Shown one piece after another: positions 50,809 through 60,374 of a stretch of DNA of 64,000 nucleotides. Made by a program: the position numbers and the translations under genes. Source of the stretch: an uncultured bacterium. Its GTDB lineage: Bacteria > Planctomycetota > UBA1135 > GCA-002686595. Below the pieces are notes generated by a model. It worked only from the letters and a program-made list of their open reading frames with translations, had not been told where the DNA came from and made no database searches. The stretch lies in assembly GCA_943787795.1 (NCBI GenBank), contig CALSNU010000001.1, positions 864,001 through 928,000 on the forward strand. Direction: 5' to 3'. Numbering within the stretch: the first letter of the stretch is position 1; each line of letters opens with the position of its first letter.

Positions 50809-51888
50809 ATGTCCTCCGATGACGACTTCAAGTTCCTGGTCAAGCTCGTTCACCACGGCCACCTCGAACGCGAGCAGGCTGAGCCGCTCCTGGGGCGCCT
50901 GAAGCAGGGTGAAGCCCTCCCAGGCCTCCTCCTATCTCTGACCGGATGGGACGAGGAACGAGTGGATCGCATGATCCGTACCGACGCGGGGGAGCGCCCC
51001 GAGGTCACCGGGCACGAGGTGCTTGGGTCCCTGGGCGTCGGGGGCACGGCGCGGGTCTTCCGGGCACGGGAAAAAAAGACCGGTCGGCAGGTGGCCCTGA
51101 AGATCCTCGAGTCCAGCTACGCCTCAAATCCCGTGGAGGTCAAGGCGTTCGTGGACGAGGCGCGGCTGCTGCAGCGCCTCGAGCACCCCGGCCTCGTGAA
51201 GGGCTACGGGCCGGCCAAGTCACAGGACCAGCTCCTCTCGCGGATGGAGATCGTTGAGGGGCGGACGCTGCTGGAGTACCTGGATGAGGGGCACCTCTTC
51301 CAGGAGGACTCGGCCTTCAAGATCGTGCTCGAGGTCGCCGAGGTGCTCTCCTACATGGCGACGGAGGGGCTCGTCCACCGGGACGTCAAGCCGGGCAACA
51401 TCATGCTCACCGACTCCGGGCGGGTGAAGCTGATCGATCTTGGTTTCTGCACCGCTCAGGACGCCAAGGACGGCGAGGGGACCGCGCGCGGGACCGCTCA
51501 GTATCTCTCGCCTGAGCAGGCTGAGGGCGGTGCGAGCGCCGATCTACGGAGCGATATCTACTCCCTCGGCGTCACCCTCTACCAGCTCACCATCGGCAAG
51601 CTCCCCTTCGACGGAGACGAGAGCGAGGACGTGCTGCGTCAGCACGTGATGGAGAAGCTCTCATCCCCCGAACTCAAGGGGCGCGGGCACTCTCCGTACC
51701 TGCAGTACTTCATCGAGAAGATGATGTCGAAGGAGGCGGACCTCCGCTATCAGGACTGGCCCGAGCTGGTCACGGACATCCAGGAGCAGGTCCGGGGCGC
51801 CGAGAGCCTCGACTACAAGGCCTCGGCGGGCGACGGGCGCGGTCGCCGCCGGGTGAAGTCGACCGGACGCTCCAAGAGAAGGAGCTGA
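50809..51888 (+). CDS. Hanks-type Ser/Thr protein kinase (cytoplasmic)
   Basis: Motifs LGVGGTARV, VALK, HRDVKPGN, DLG, GTAQYLSPE and SDIYSLG. Confidence 0.93.
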   Translation: MSSDDDFKFLVKLVHHGHLEREQAEPLLGRLKQGEALPGLLLSLTGWDEERVDRMIRTDAGERPEVTGHEVLGSLGVGGTARVFRAREKKTGRQVALKILESSYASNPVEVKAFVDEARLLQRLEHPGLVKGYGPAKSQDQLLSRMEIVEGRTLLEYLDEGHLFQEDSAFKIVLEVAEVLSYMATEGLVHRDVKPGNIMLTDSGRVKLIDLGFCTAQDAKDGEGTARGTAQYLSPEQAEGGASADLRSDIYSLGVTLYQLTIGKLPFDGDESEDVLRQHVMEKLSSPELKGRGHSPYLQYFIEKMMSKEADLRYQDWPELVTDIQEQVRGAESLDYKASAGDGRGRRRVKSTGRSKRRS

Positions 51889-51892
51889 GGCG

Positions 51893-52849
51893 TTGACCGA
51901 TCCCGCAGAGGAGCAGGCGCCACCGCAGTTGATCCCGCAGCAGGAAGCCGGGCAGCAGGAGGCTCAGCGCGGGGCGCCCGGAGAAGACCCTGGGCTCGGG
52001 GGCGTTGTGCCTTTCCAGTTCTCATGCCACCGGTGCGGGAACTGTTGCACGGGGGGGGAGGGCTACGTCTGGCTCGAGGACGGCGAGCCTGAGGCCATGG
52101 CCGCCAAGCTCGGGATGACGCCGGACGCGTTCCGCCAGCGCCACGTCCGCACGGTCCCCGACCCGCGCGAGCCCGGGGTCGTGCGAGAGACCCTGCGCGA
52201 GCGGAGCGAGGGGGACGGCGGACGCTGCACGCTCCTCGAGGGGAACAACCACTGCTCCGTCTACACCGCGAGGCCCCAGCACTGCCGCGCCTTCCCGTAC
52301 TGGCCGTCGGTCATGGAGACCGAGGACGGCTTCGAGCGCGCGCGGGCGACCTGCCCGGGGATCCGGGTGGAGCCCACGGAGGAGCAGCGCCGCGAGGGAG
52401 CGCGGCAGCTCGCGGAGATCTACGCGGAGCTGGACGAGCTCCTGAACGCGGTCCGGCCGGTGTGCCTCGCCCGCGGGATCTGCTGCCGCTTCGAGGAGGC
52501 GGATCATGTCCTCTACGCCACCGGGCTCGAGGCGGATCACGCCGCCGCCACGCTCCCCGAGGCCCCCGCGCCCGAGGCGGAGGGGCGCTGCCCGTACCAC
52601 GTCGCGGGCAAGTGCACCGCGCGGGAGGCCCGGCCCCTGGGCTGCCGGACGTACTACTGCGACCCCTCCATGCAGGACGCGCTGGAGGCCACCCACGAGC
52701 GCTTCCTCGCGCGCATCCGGGAGGTCGAGCGCTCCCTTGGCTACCCAGCGGTCTACGCCCCGTTCCCCGCGCTCCTGGCGGACCGCGGCGTGGGACAACC
52801 GGGGAAGGACTCGACGCCGGGGTCGTCTTCACCGACATGCACCCCGTGA
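51893..52849 (+). CDS. YkgJ-family cysteine-cluster protein, two tandem domains
   Basis: First module CHRCGNCC...CSVYTARPQHCRAFP; second CLARGICC...CTAREARPLGCRTYYC. Confidence 0.85.
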   Translation: MTDPAEEQAPPQLIPQQEAGQQEAQRGAPGEDPGLGGVVPFQFSCHRCGNCCTGGEGYVWLEDGEPEAMAAKLGMTPDAFRQRHVRTVPDPREPGVVRETLRERSEGDGGRCTLLEGNNHCSVYTARPQHCRAFPYWPSVMETEDGFERARATCPGIRVEPTEEQRREGARQLAEIYAELDELLNAVRPVCLARGICCRFEEADHVLYATGLEADHAAATLPEAPAPEAEGRCPYHVAGKCTAREARPLGCRTYYCDPSMQDALEATHERFLARIREVERSLGYPAVYAPFPALLADRGVGQPGKDSTPGSSSPTCTP

Positions 52850-54108
52850 AGAAGGAGCACCCGGCGGCTCGCCCGTCGCGGAAGGGGCGCGGCGCCTTGA
52901 TGATGCTGGTGTTGCTCGTCGTGGCCCTGCTCGGGGCCGCGGGGTTCAAGGCGCTGTCGCTTCTCCCCGGAGACTGGACGGATGGGTCGCCAGAGGCGCC
53001 GGCCCGGCCGGAGCTCGTGGCGCGGGCCCCGGCCCCAGCGCCCGAGGTCGCGGCGGCAGGTCCCGATCCGGTGAGCGAGCCCGAGGCCTTCGATGAGCGG
53101 CCCTATGACCTGAACGATCAGGCCATCGCGGCGCTCGAGGAGGGCCGCTTCGACCAGGCGATCGAGTGGCTAGAGGAGGCGGCGGCGGCGCGCCCGGACG
53201 TGCCCACCTTCGGGGCCAACCTCGGTGAGGCCTACCTCCGCCGGGCCCGCGCCGCGGACAGTGGGGCCTCCGACAGTGGGGCCGACACGGCGATCGACGA
53301 CTTCGAGTCGGCCCTCGAGTGGATCGACGACCCCGAGCGGCGCGCGCAGGTCGAGACCCTGCTCGAGCGATCCCGGCGGGTACGCGATGAGGAGCGCGAC
53401 TTCGTGGTCGAGCCGACCCTCCACTTCACCTTCCGCTACGACGGATCCCGTGAGGGGCTCGCTGGCGGGGTCGACCGTCTCAAGGTGCTTCTGGAGGAGA
53501 CCTATCAGGAGTTCGGCGAGCAGTTCGGTCGCCGCCCGGTGGAGGCGGGGGAGGGGCGGATCGAGGTGGTCCTCTACGACGCGCAGGGCTTCGACAATGT
53601 GACGGGCCTCGGCGACTGGGCGGGCGGCGTCTTCGACGGGAAGATCCGCGTGCCGGTGGAGGATCTCCGGACGGAGCAGCGCTTTGCCCGGGTGAAGAGT
53701 GTGCTGCGCCACGAGACGGCCCACGCGTTCACCCGATCCATCGGGGGCGCGGCGGTGCCGTCATGGCTGAACGAGGGGGTCGCCCAGTGGCTCGAGGAGC
53801 CGGCGCGACGTGCGAGTGGCGTGAAGATCGCCCGCGCGAGGCTCGCCTCGGCGCCCCTGTTCCCACTGGCTCGCCTGAACGGGAACCTCGTGGGCTGGGA
53901 GGACCGCGCCGAGGTCGCGCGAGCCTATGACCAGGCCCTCGCCTTCGTGGATTATCTCGTGGCGCAGTTCGGGCAGGAGCTCGTCTTCACCATGGTGGCC
54001 GCCTGCCGAGACCGGGGGGTGGAAGGGGCCTCGGTCCACTTCCAGGAGCGAACCCTCGTGCCCCTTGACGCGGTGCTCGGCGACCTCGCGGCCTCCCTCG
54101 GGCGCTGA
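52837..54108 (+). CDS. Membrane-anchored TPR + gluzincin (peptidase MA-like) protein
   Basis: TM helix, TPR-like segment, and HETAH followed by WLNEGVAQW. Confidence 0.8.
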   Translation: MHPVKKEHPAARPSRKGRGALMMLVLLVVALLGAAGFKALSLLPGDWTDGSPEAPARPELVARAPAPAPEVAAAGPDPVSEPEAFDERPYDLNDQAIAALEEGRFDQAIEWLEEAAAARPDVPTFGANLGEAYLRRARAADSGASDSGADTAIDDFESALEWIDDPERRAQVETLLERSRRVRDEERDFVVEPTLHFTFRYDGSREGLAGGVDRLKVLLEETYQEFGEQFGRRPVEAGEGRIEVVLYDAQGFDNVTGLGDWAGGVFDGKIRVPVEDLRTEQRFARVKSVLRHETAHAFTRSIGGAAVPSWLNEGVAQWLEEPARRASGVKIARARLASAPLFPLARLNGNLVGWEDRAEVARAYDQALAFVDYLVAQFGQELVFTMVAACRDRGVEGASVHFQERTLVPLDAVLGDLAASLGR

Positions 54109-54328
54109 GCGGGCCGTGGACCCCGAAGGCGAGCGTCGCTTCGACAGGGCGTGACCATCCGGCGGCTGGATCGGTCACTGGGGGGTGATGATCTCCGTCC
54201 AGCCACGCTCCGGGCCCACGCCGGGTTCCCTTCGGCCCGGCGGCCCGCTGGCGGCCGATCTCGACGAGGAGGGGGACCTCCTCGTCAGCAGGCTCGGCCT
54301 CCTGGGTTGCAGGGTGCGTCTGTCCCTT

Positions 54329-54418
54329 GGGCAGGCATCCCCAGGGCAGGCATCCCCAGGGCAGGCATACCCAGGGCAGGGTTCATCGAGGCAGGGTTTA
54401 TCAAGGCAGGGGTCATCG
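54329..54418. repeat. 15-bp tandem repeat x6 with gradual drift
   Basis: GGGCAGGCATCCCCA x2, GGGCAGGCATACCCA, GGGCAGGGTTCATCG, AGGCAGGGTTTATCA, AGGCAGGGGTCATCG. Confidence 0.8.
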
Positions 54419-54780
54419 GGGGGCGCGCCTCTGCGGCGCGGGTCCTTCGCGACAGGCGCCCGGAGGGGGGCGGCCCGCCCGTGGCTTGCCGGGGTGTCGG
54501 GGCTCAATGAGGGAGCAGGCAAGGGCCCTGGGGAGGGGCGGGCGTTGAGGAAGAGTGGAGGAGCGGTCTCGGGAGGAGGGTCGGCTGCGCCAGCAGCCGG
54601 CGCGACTGCGGTCGCTGACGCCAAAGCGCACGCTGACGCGGTCGCGGGAGTCGCGCATGGGGCGGAGTCAGGGACGACCACCGCCCCCGGGGTCCGGAGC
54701 CGGGAGCGTCGGGCCCGAGCTGGACCTCGGCCCGCCGCGGGCTGGTGGAGTGCAGCGGCGCCTCCGGTGAGGACGCAGCA

Positions 54781-55473
54781 ATGAACGGGGGTATGGGTTG
54801 GGATCCGGGAGCGGGCCTCGGCCTGGATCCGGCGAGCTCGAGGTGGGCTCCGCTGCTCACGGGCGCTCTCGGGGGACGAGTCTCCGATCGCCGCTTGCGG
54901 GCTCTGGCCCGCGCGGTCTCCCACCTGGGCCTGGCCCGGATCTCACGCCTGGGTCCGGGAGTCCTCGCCGTGGAATGCGGGTTGACCCGATCCCAGGCCC
55001 AGCGGCTCGCTGCGATGTTCGAACTTGGTAGGGATGTGGAGCGAGCCGGCGCGGCCCGGGGCGCCCAGGCCCGGACGCCGGCGGAGGCGTTTCGGCTCCT
55101 CGCGCCCGAGTTGCGAGGCCTCGAGGTGGAGTCCTTCCGGGTGCTCGTCCTCGACGTCCGAAAGCGGGTCATCAGCCACGAAGAGGTGAGCCGGGGGACC
55201 CTCGATGCGGCGTTGGTCCACCCGCGGGAGGTCTTCCGGCCGGCGCTCCGACTGGGTGGGGCCGCCCTCCTGCTGGCCCACAATCACCCTTCCGGGAATC
55301 CAGAGCCGAGCGCGCAGGATTGGCGGGTGACGCGCCGACTCCTCCGGGCCGGTCGGCTGCTCGGTATCCCCGTGACGGATCACCTCATCGTCGGAGGGTG
55401 CCAGTACATCTCCATGAGGTGCCTGAGTCAGTGGCCGGAGGTCGCGGCGGCGGGACGGGGCGAGCTTGCGTGA
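54781..55473 (+). CDS. radC: RadC (JAB/MPN) family protein
   Basis: Motifs GTLD..LVHPREVF, AHNHPSG and DHLIVG. Confidence 0.88.
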   Translation: MNGGMGWDPGAGLGLDPASSRWAPLLTGALGGRVSDRRLRALARAVSHLGLARISRLGPGVLAVECGLTRSQAQRLAAMFELGRDVERAGAARGAQARTPAEAFRLLAPELRGLEVESFRVLVLDVRKRVISHEEVSRGTLDAALVHPREVFRPALRLGGAALLLAHNHPSGNPEPSAQDWRVTRRLLRAGRLLGIPVTDHLIVGGCQYISMRCLSQWPEVAAAGRGELA

Positions 55474-55626
55474 TGGCCCGATTTCACACGGGGAACCACA
55501 GATCCAGAGCCAAGGAGATCGTGAGGCTGCGGGGGCTGGCGGGTAACCTGTAGGGCCCCGAGAGGTAAGGCCGTGCCAGGACTTCCTCTCTGCCCCGCCC
55601 CGCTCTCCTGAGCCCAGAACCCCCAA

Positions 55627-57896
55627 ATGGACTATCAGTACGCCCTGCGCTTCGAAACCGGTGAGCGCCGCGGCGAGGTCGTCCCGATCCTCGTTGATGC
55701 CGCCGCGGGCGGCGTGTTCACCGTCGGACGCCGGCCAGGGAACTCCCTGCAGGTGACAGATGTGTCGGTCTCTGGCCAGCACGCGGAGGTCGCCGTCAGC
55801 GCGGGCGGAGTGGCTCTGCGTGACCTCGGAAGCACGAACGGCACCCAGGTGGGTGGTCGCAAGGTCTCCGAGATCGAGCTCCAGCACCTCGATCAGTTCG
55901 CCCTTGGGGCGGTGGAGTTCACGCTACTTGATCGGCGTCAGGACGCCCCGGCCCCCGGTGGCTTCGGCGGAGAGGAGCTGATGCTGGAGGAGCCCGACGA
56001 GCTGGTCCTCGAGGAGCCCGCCGCGGCCCCGATGCCCACGCGACGGCCGGCCCAGGCCCAGGCCCAGGCCCAGGCTCCGGATCCGGCCCAGGCCCAGGCA
56101 CCGGGCATGTCGCAGGCCCCGACCTCAGCTCCGGCCCCTTCCTCGGCGCCAGCCCCGGCGCCGATGGACTTCGAGCTCGGTGACGAAGAAGAAGACTCAC
56201 TCGTGATCACCGCCGACGACCTCGCACGGTCCCGGAAGAGCTCCAAGCTCGGGCCCGTGCTCGTGGTCGTTCTCGCCGCAGCCGGCGCGGGGGCCTGGTG
56301 GTGGACGGGACAGAAGTCCGACGAGGGGGCGGGACGCGCGGACGCGTCGCTCGCCGTGGCCGCCGTCCCCGGCAACCTGATCCCCACGGGATACTCCTTC
56401 GAGAAGACAGAGGGTTGGGCCGTGGACGAGAGCCACGCGGCCTTCTGGGACCCCTCGCGCTCGGCGCGACGCAGCGGTCGGAACGGGATCCGCGCCGAGC
56501 TCTTTGGCGGAGACCTCGCGGTCATCGCCTCGGATCCGGTCCGGCTCCCCAGCACCTCACGGAGCGTGCGGGCCGTGGCGCAGGTCCGCGGCGAGGCGGA
56601 CACCGCGGCCCGACTCGGGTTGCGCTTCACAGGCGCGGGTGACGAGAGCCCCTCGGTCACGGTCTGGTCCGAGCCCCTCACGGGGAGCGAGGACTGGACG
56701 GAGTTGGCGCTGGAGGGCGCGGCGCCGCGTGGCATGGATCGCGTGAGCGTCGTCCTGCGCGGCGAGGGGCGCGCGGCACCGGTCTCTGGAGACCGTCGAT
56801 CGGACGGCAGCGACTCCGGCGTGGAGCCCGCGTCCCTCGACGTGGACGATGTCGCGCTCGTGCCCTCCGATGCCGCGGGGCTTCGGCTCCGCGAGCACGA
56901 CGCATGGTCCATGGCGGTCGTGGGGATGAATGCGGAAGGCGAGGGCCCTCGCGGTCGCGCTCTCCGTGCTGGACCAGCCGAAGGTCTCCTCGCTTCGAGT
57001 TCACCGTGCCGGGACCTCGCATGATGGCGTCGCCCTCGCCCTCGCGGGAGAAGACGGCGCCTGGGAGCTGACCCCTGCGGAGGCCGGGGAGCTGGTCCTC
57101 CGCGCGGAGGGAGAGCTCGTCTCCGAGGGCCTCGCGACGCTCGGCGCGTCAGGCTACGTGGCCCATGGCATGTCGTTCGAGCTCTCCAAGGCGCGCGACC
57201 TGCTCCTCGGAGCCGACGCCGGGCTGGTCCGGATCTCCAGCAGCGAGCCGCTGCAGTTCTCCTCGAAGCCCTCGGGGGGGACGATGCGGTGCTGCGCGCG
57301 AGCCTGCCCGCCGGGGTGACTCTCCGGGTGCAGGTGGAGTTTCTCCGACGAGCGCATTCAGGCCGAGCGGTTAGCCCTGCAGGCCATGGAGCTGCGCAAG
57401 CGCCGGCAGCCGCGGCGCCGCGCTGGCGACGTGGCAGACCCTGCTCAGCACCGTGCCCTTCGACGCCGGGCTGGTGGATCGTGCCGTCGTCGCGCAATCT
57501 GAGCTGGGTGCCGAGGCGAGGGCCTCACTGAGGGAGCTTGGAGCCGAGCTGGAGCGCGCGCGTTACTTCGGGCTCTCCGGCCTCTTTGAAGAGAAGCTCG
57601 GCCACGCGCTCGCGCTGGCCAAGGAGTACGAGGGCTCCGGCAAGGTGGAGGAGCAGTTCCTTCAGCTGGCGGGTGAGATCAAGGCCGAGCTCGCTGGACT
57701 GCTCGGAGAGAACGATCGCTATGAGCGCCTTCGACTGGAGGGGATCTCGAAGGTCCTCCAGGCCGATGGCGCGCTCAACCTGGTCAAGCGTGTGGACGAC
57801 TACGCCTCGGACCTTGGGTCCACAGGAGCCGGGGAATCCGGAAGTGCCGGGGATGCCGGCGGATCCGGTGCCGCCGGGAAAGAGGAGGAGCGCTGA
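55627..57896 (+). CDS. FHA-domain membrane protein with large extracytoplasmic part, frameshifts ~56950-57430
   Basis: FHA 'VGRR...VSGQHA...DLGSTNGT', Pro/Ala linker, TM helix and a CBM-like segment 'GNLIPTGYSFE'. Continues through ORFs 56930, 57289 and 57453. Confidence 0.7.
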
Positions 57897-59536
57897 TGGC
57901 GAAGACATGTACAGGAGCGGACGTCGGGGCACGGTCCGCCGTGGCAATCCGTGGCGCCTGGAAGGGGGGGACGTTCCACGTCTCCAACTTCGCGGTGGGA
58001 GAGAATGACCTGGGCACCGTGGACTCGGGCTGGGCGTCTCTGCAAGCGGACTTCAAGCTCGGGGCGACGCGAATCGCGGCCTCCGGCCGTGAGGTCAACG
58101 TGCGCTACACGCGGGTCCCGGGCGTCCCGGACTGGCAGCTGCGGAACCTGATGCGGTTCGAGGTTCAGGAGGTCGGGGATCAGTCCGGCGCCGAGGTCGC
58201 CTCGGACTTCAACCTGCTCCCGCGGCCCCCGGAGATCGAGGGTGAGGACGTGGTGCTCCTGGCCATGGCGCGCGAGGCCCTCCTCGAGGAGCACTCCGAC
58301 GGGGTCGAGGTCGCTGGCGGAAGCGTCGACGCGTTCTCCCCGGCATCCATCGGGCTCTACAACGCCTTCACGCGCTACGGGGTGGTGGAGGACGACACGG
58401 TGCTCCTCGCGAACATCGGACACGAGACGACCGACGTCGTGCTCGTGCGGGGAGCGGACCTGGTCTTCGCCAGGAACCTGACCGGCGGCTCGGGCCTCTT
58501 CGACGAGGCCCTCGTCCAGCGGCTGCAGCTCTCGTCAGCGCGGGCAGAGGCCACCAAGATCGATCACGTGGACCTCACGCCCGGTGCACGCCACTCGACG
58601 CCGGAGGGGGAGAAGGCCACCCGCGCGGTGATGGCCGCGGCAGGCCAGCTGACCTCGCTGCTGCAGAGCGCCGTGATGTTCTGCAAGACGCAGGTGAAGC
58701 TCAGTGGCCTGAAGGTCGACAGGGTGCTGCTCTGCGGCGGCGGTGCCGGGCTGCGGGGGCTCCCCCGCTACCTGTCCGCGGGCATGGGCGTCCCGGTGGA
58801 GCTGTTCGATCCGTTCCGGGTCGTCGACACCTCCGCCCTCGACCCGGACGCCGCAGACCGGCTCGCGGGTCATCAGCTCGAGTCGGTGGTCGCGCTGGGG
58901 ATGGCCACGATGGCCTCGGACCCGGAGGCTTACTCCCTGGAGATCGTCCCGGAGGCCCTGGCGAAGAAGCGGGCCTTCCTGGGTGGGACCGTCTGGCTCA
59001 TCGCCGCGGCGGTGCTGGCGGTGGCCTTCCTCGGGTACAGGGTGACCTACCTCAATGAGAAGCTGGATCGGCTGACGGGGGAGAACCGGGGGCTCTCCTC
59101 GGTACTCTCGCGTGCGCGCAACATTCACGCGGACACTGAAGCGCTGGTCGGAGAGAACACTCGCCTGATCGCCGAGACGGTCGAGCTCCAGGGCATCGCG
59201 GGCTCAGGCGAGCAGCTGGCTCGGGCGGTCGCGTTCCTCGATGACAGCCTGCCCAGTGACTTCTGGATCACGCGGGTCGAGAGCGCCTTCGGAACCGACA
59301 GCGAGCTGCGCCTCGAGCGAGGGAATGAACGCCCGATCCTCTCTATCGAGGGGCAGGCCAGGGACGGCGTGCAGTCGCCCACCGCTCAGTTTCAGCAGAT
59401 GCTGGCCGAGCTCGAGGAGGCCATGCCCTACGCCGCCCTGAAGCCGTCCATTGACCGCAACAAGTTCAAGATCGACATGACGTCCTTCGCGGGCGCGCCG
59501 GAAGAGACCGAGGAGGAAGACGATGGATCTCAATGA
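57896..59536 (+). CDS. pilM: PilM-like actin-fold protein fused to TM + PilN-like domain
   Basis: Motifs 'NIGHETT', 'FARNL..G', 'VLLCGGGA.LRGL..YL' and 'VELFDPF', then TM, coiled coil and 'LPSDFWITRV'. Confidence 0.8.
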   Translation: MAKTCTGADVGARSAVAIRGAWKGGTFHVSNFAVGENDLGTVDSGWASLQADFKLGATRIAASGREVNVRYTRVPGVPDWQLRNLMRFEVQEVGDQSGAEVASDFNLLPRPPEIEGEDVVLLAMAREALLEEHSDGVEVAGGSVDAFSPASIGLYNAFTRYGVVEDDTVLLANIGHETTDVVLVRGADLVFARNLTGGSGLFDEALVQRLQLSSARAEATKIDHVDLTPGARHSTPEGEKATRAVMAAAGQLTSLLQSAVMFCKTQVKLSGLKVDRVLLCGGGAGLRGLPRYLSAGMGVPVELFDPFRVVDTSALDPDAADRLAGHQLESVVALGMATMASDPEAYSLEIVPEALAKKRAFLGGTVWLIAAAVLAVAFLGYRVTYLNEKLDRLTGENRGLSSVLSRARNIHADTEALVGENTRLIAETVELQGIAGSGEQLARAVAFLDDSLPSDFWITRVESAFGTDSELRLERGNERPILSIEGQARDGVQSPTAQFQQMLAELEEAMPYAALKPSIDRNKFKIDMTSFAGAPEETEEEDDGSQ

Positions 59537-60329
59537 TATCTGGCAGGAGAACAAGCGATTCATCACGACCGTGGGGTCGGGGCTCCTGGTCTTTCTGATC
59601 GGCCTCTTCGTGGTGAACGGGATGTACGCGGGCGACATCCAGACCGTCGAGGGGCAGATGATGAGCGCCCGGAGGAAGCTGAAGTCGGAGATGTTCACCG
59701 CCGACGACCGAGACAACGCCAGGGACGAGAACGAGGCGCTGCTCGCGAGCTTTGACCTGCTGTCTGGGGCCGTGGCCTTCCTGCCGCGCACCGAGTTCGA
59801 CCTCGAGGGGCGCACCGACTCTGCTCGCAACGTCTACATGTCTTCGGTGGATCGGGTCCGCAATCGAGTGGAGGACCTCGCCAGCCGGCGCCGTGCACGC
59901 CTGCCGGAGGGCCTCGATCTGGAGCGCCTCGAGACCAACAACGTCGACGCGATCGAGCGGAACCTGCACGCCGTTGACCTCCTGGAGCGGGTGCTCGTGC
60001 TGGCCGTCGAGTCCGGGGTCAAGCAGGTGCGCCGCGCGGACATCAAGCTCGATCCGGCCTTCATCGCGCGCCGCGGGTTGGGATCCATCGAGAAGACCAA
60101 GGTCTCCGTCGACATCGTCGCGAGCCCGGAAGCGGTGGCGCGCTGGCTCCTGGCCTGCGAGACACCGGTGACCGGCGAAGACGAGCGCTCCGTGCGCCAC
60201 CAGGCGCTCCCAATCGACTCGATTGACGCGCGACGCGCCACGTCCAAGTCGGACGAGGTTCAGGCCAAGGTCACCTTCATCGTCGTTCGCGTGAACGAGA
60301 TCGAGGTCTCCGAGGACGAGGACGCCTGA
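59523..60329 (+). CDS. PilO/GspM-like single-TM protein
   Basis: N-terminal TM helix and coiled coil, positioned after the PilMN-like gene; assignment rests mainly on context. Confidence 0.55.
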   Translation: MDLNDIWQENKRFITTVGSGLLVFLIGLFVVNGMYAGDIQTVEGQMMSARRKLKSEMFTADDRDNARDENEALLASFDLLSGAVAFLPRTEFDLEGRTDSARNVYMSSVDRVRNRVEDLASRRRARLPEGLDLERLETNNVDAIERNLHAVDLLERVLVLAVESGVKQVRRADIKLDPAFIARRGLGSIEKTKVSVDIVASPEAVARWLLACETPVTGEDERSVRHQALPIDSIDARRATSKSDEVQAKVTFIVVRVNEIEVSEDEDA

Positions 60330-60374
60330 GCGCGTCATCCTTCGATCATTCACTGTCCCCAACCGTCGAGCTAG

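Noticed and set aside
54781..55473. radC as a marker of a mobile or anti-defence element
   Set aside because: It has the longer chromosomal form with an N-terminal region, and no integrase, att site or compositional shift is evident.
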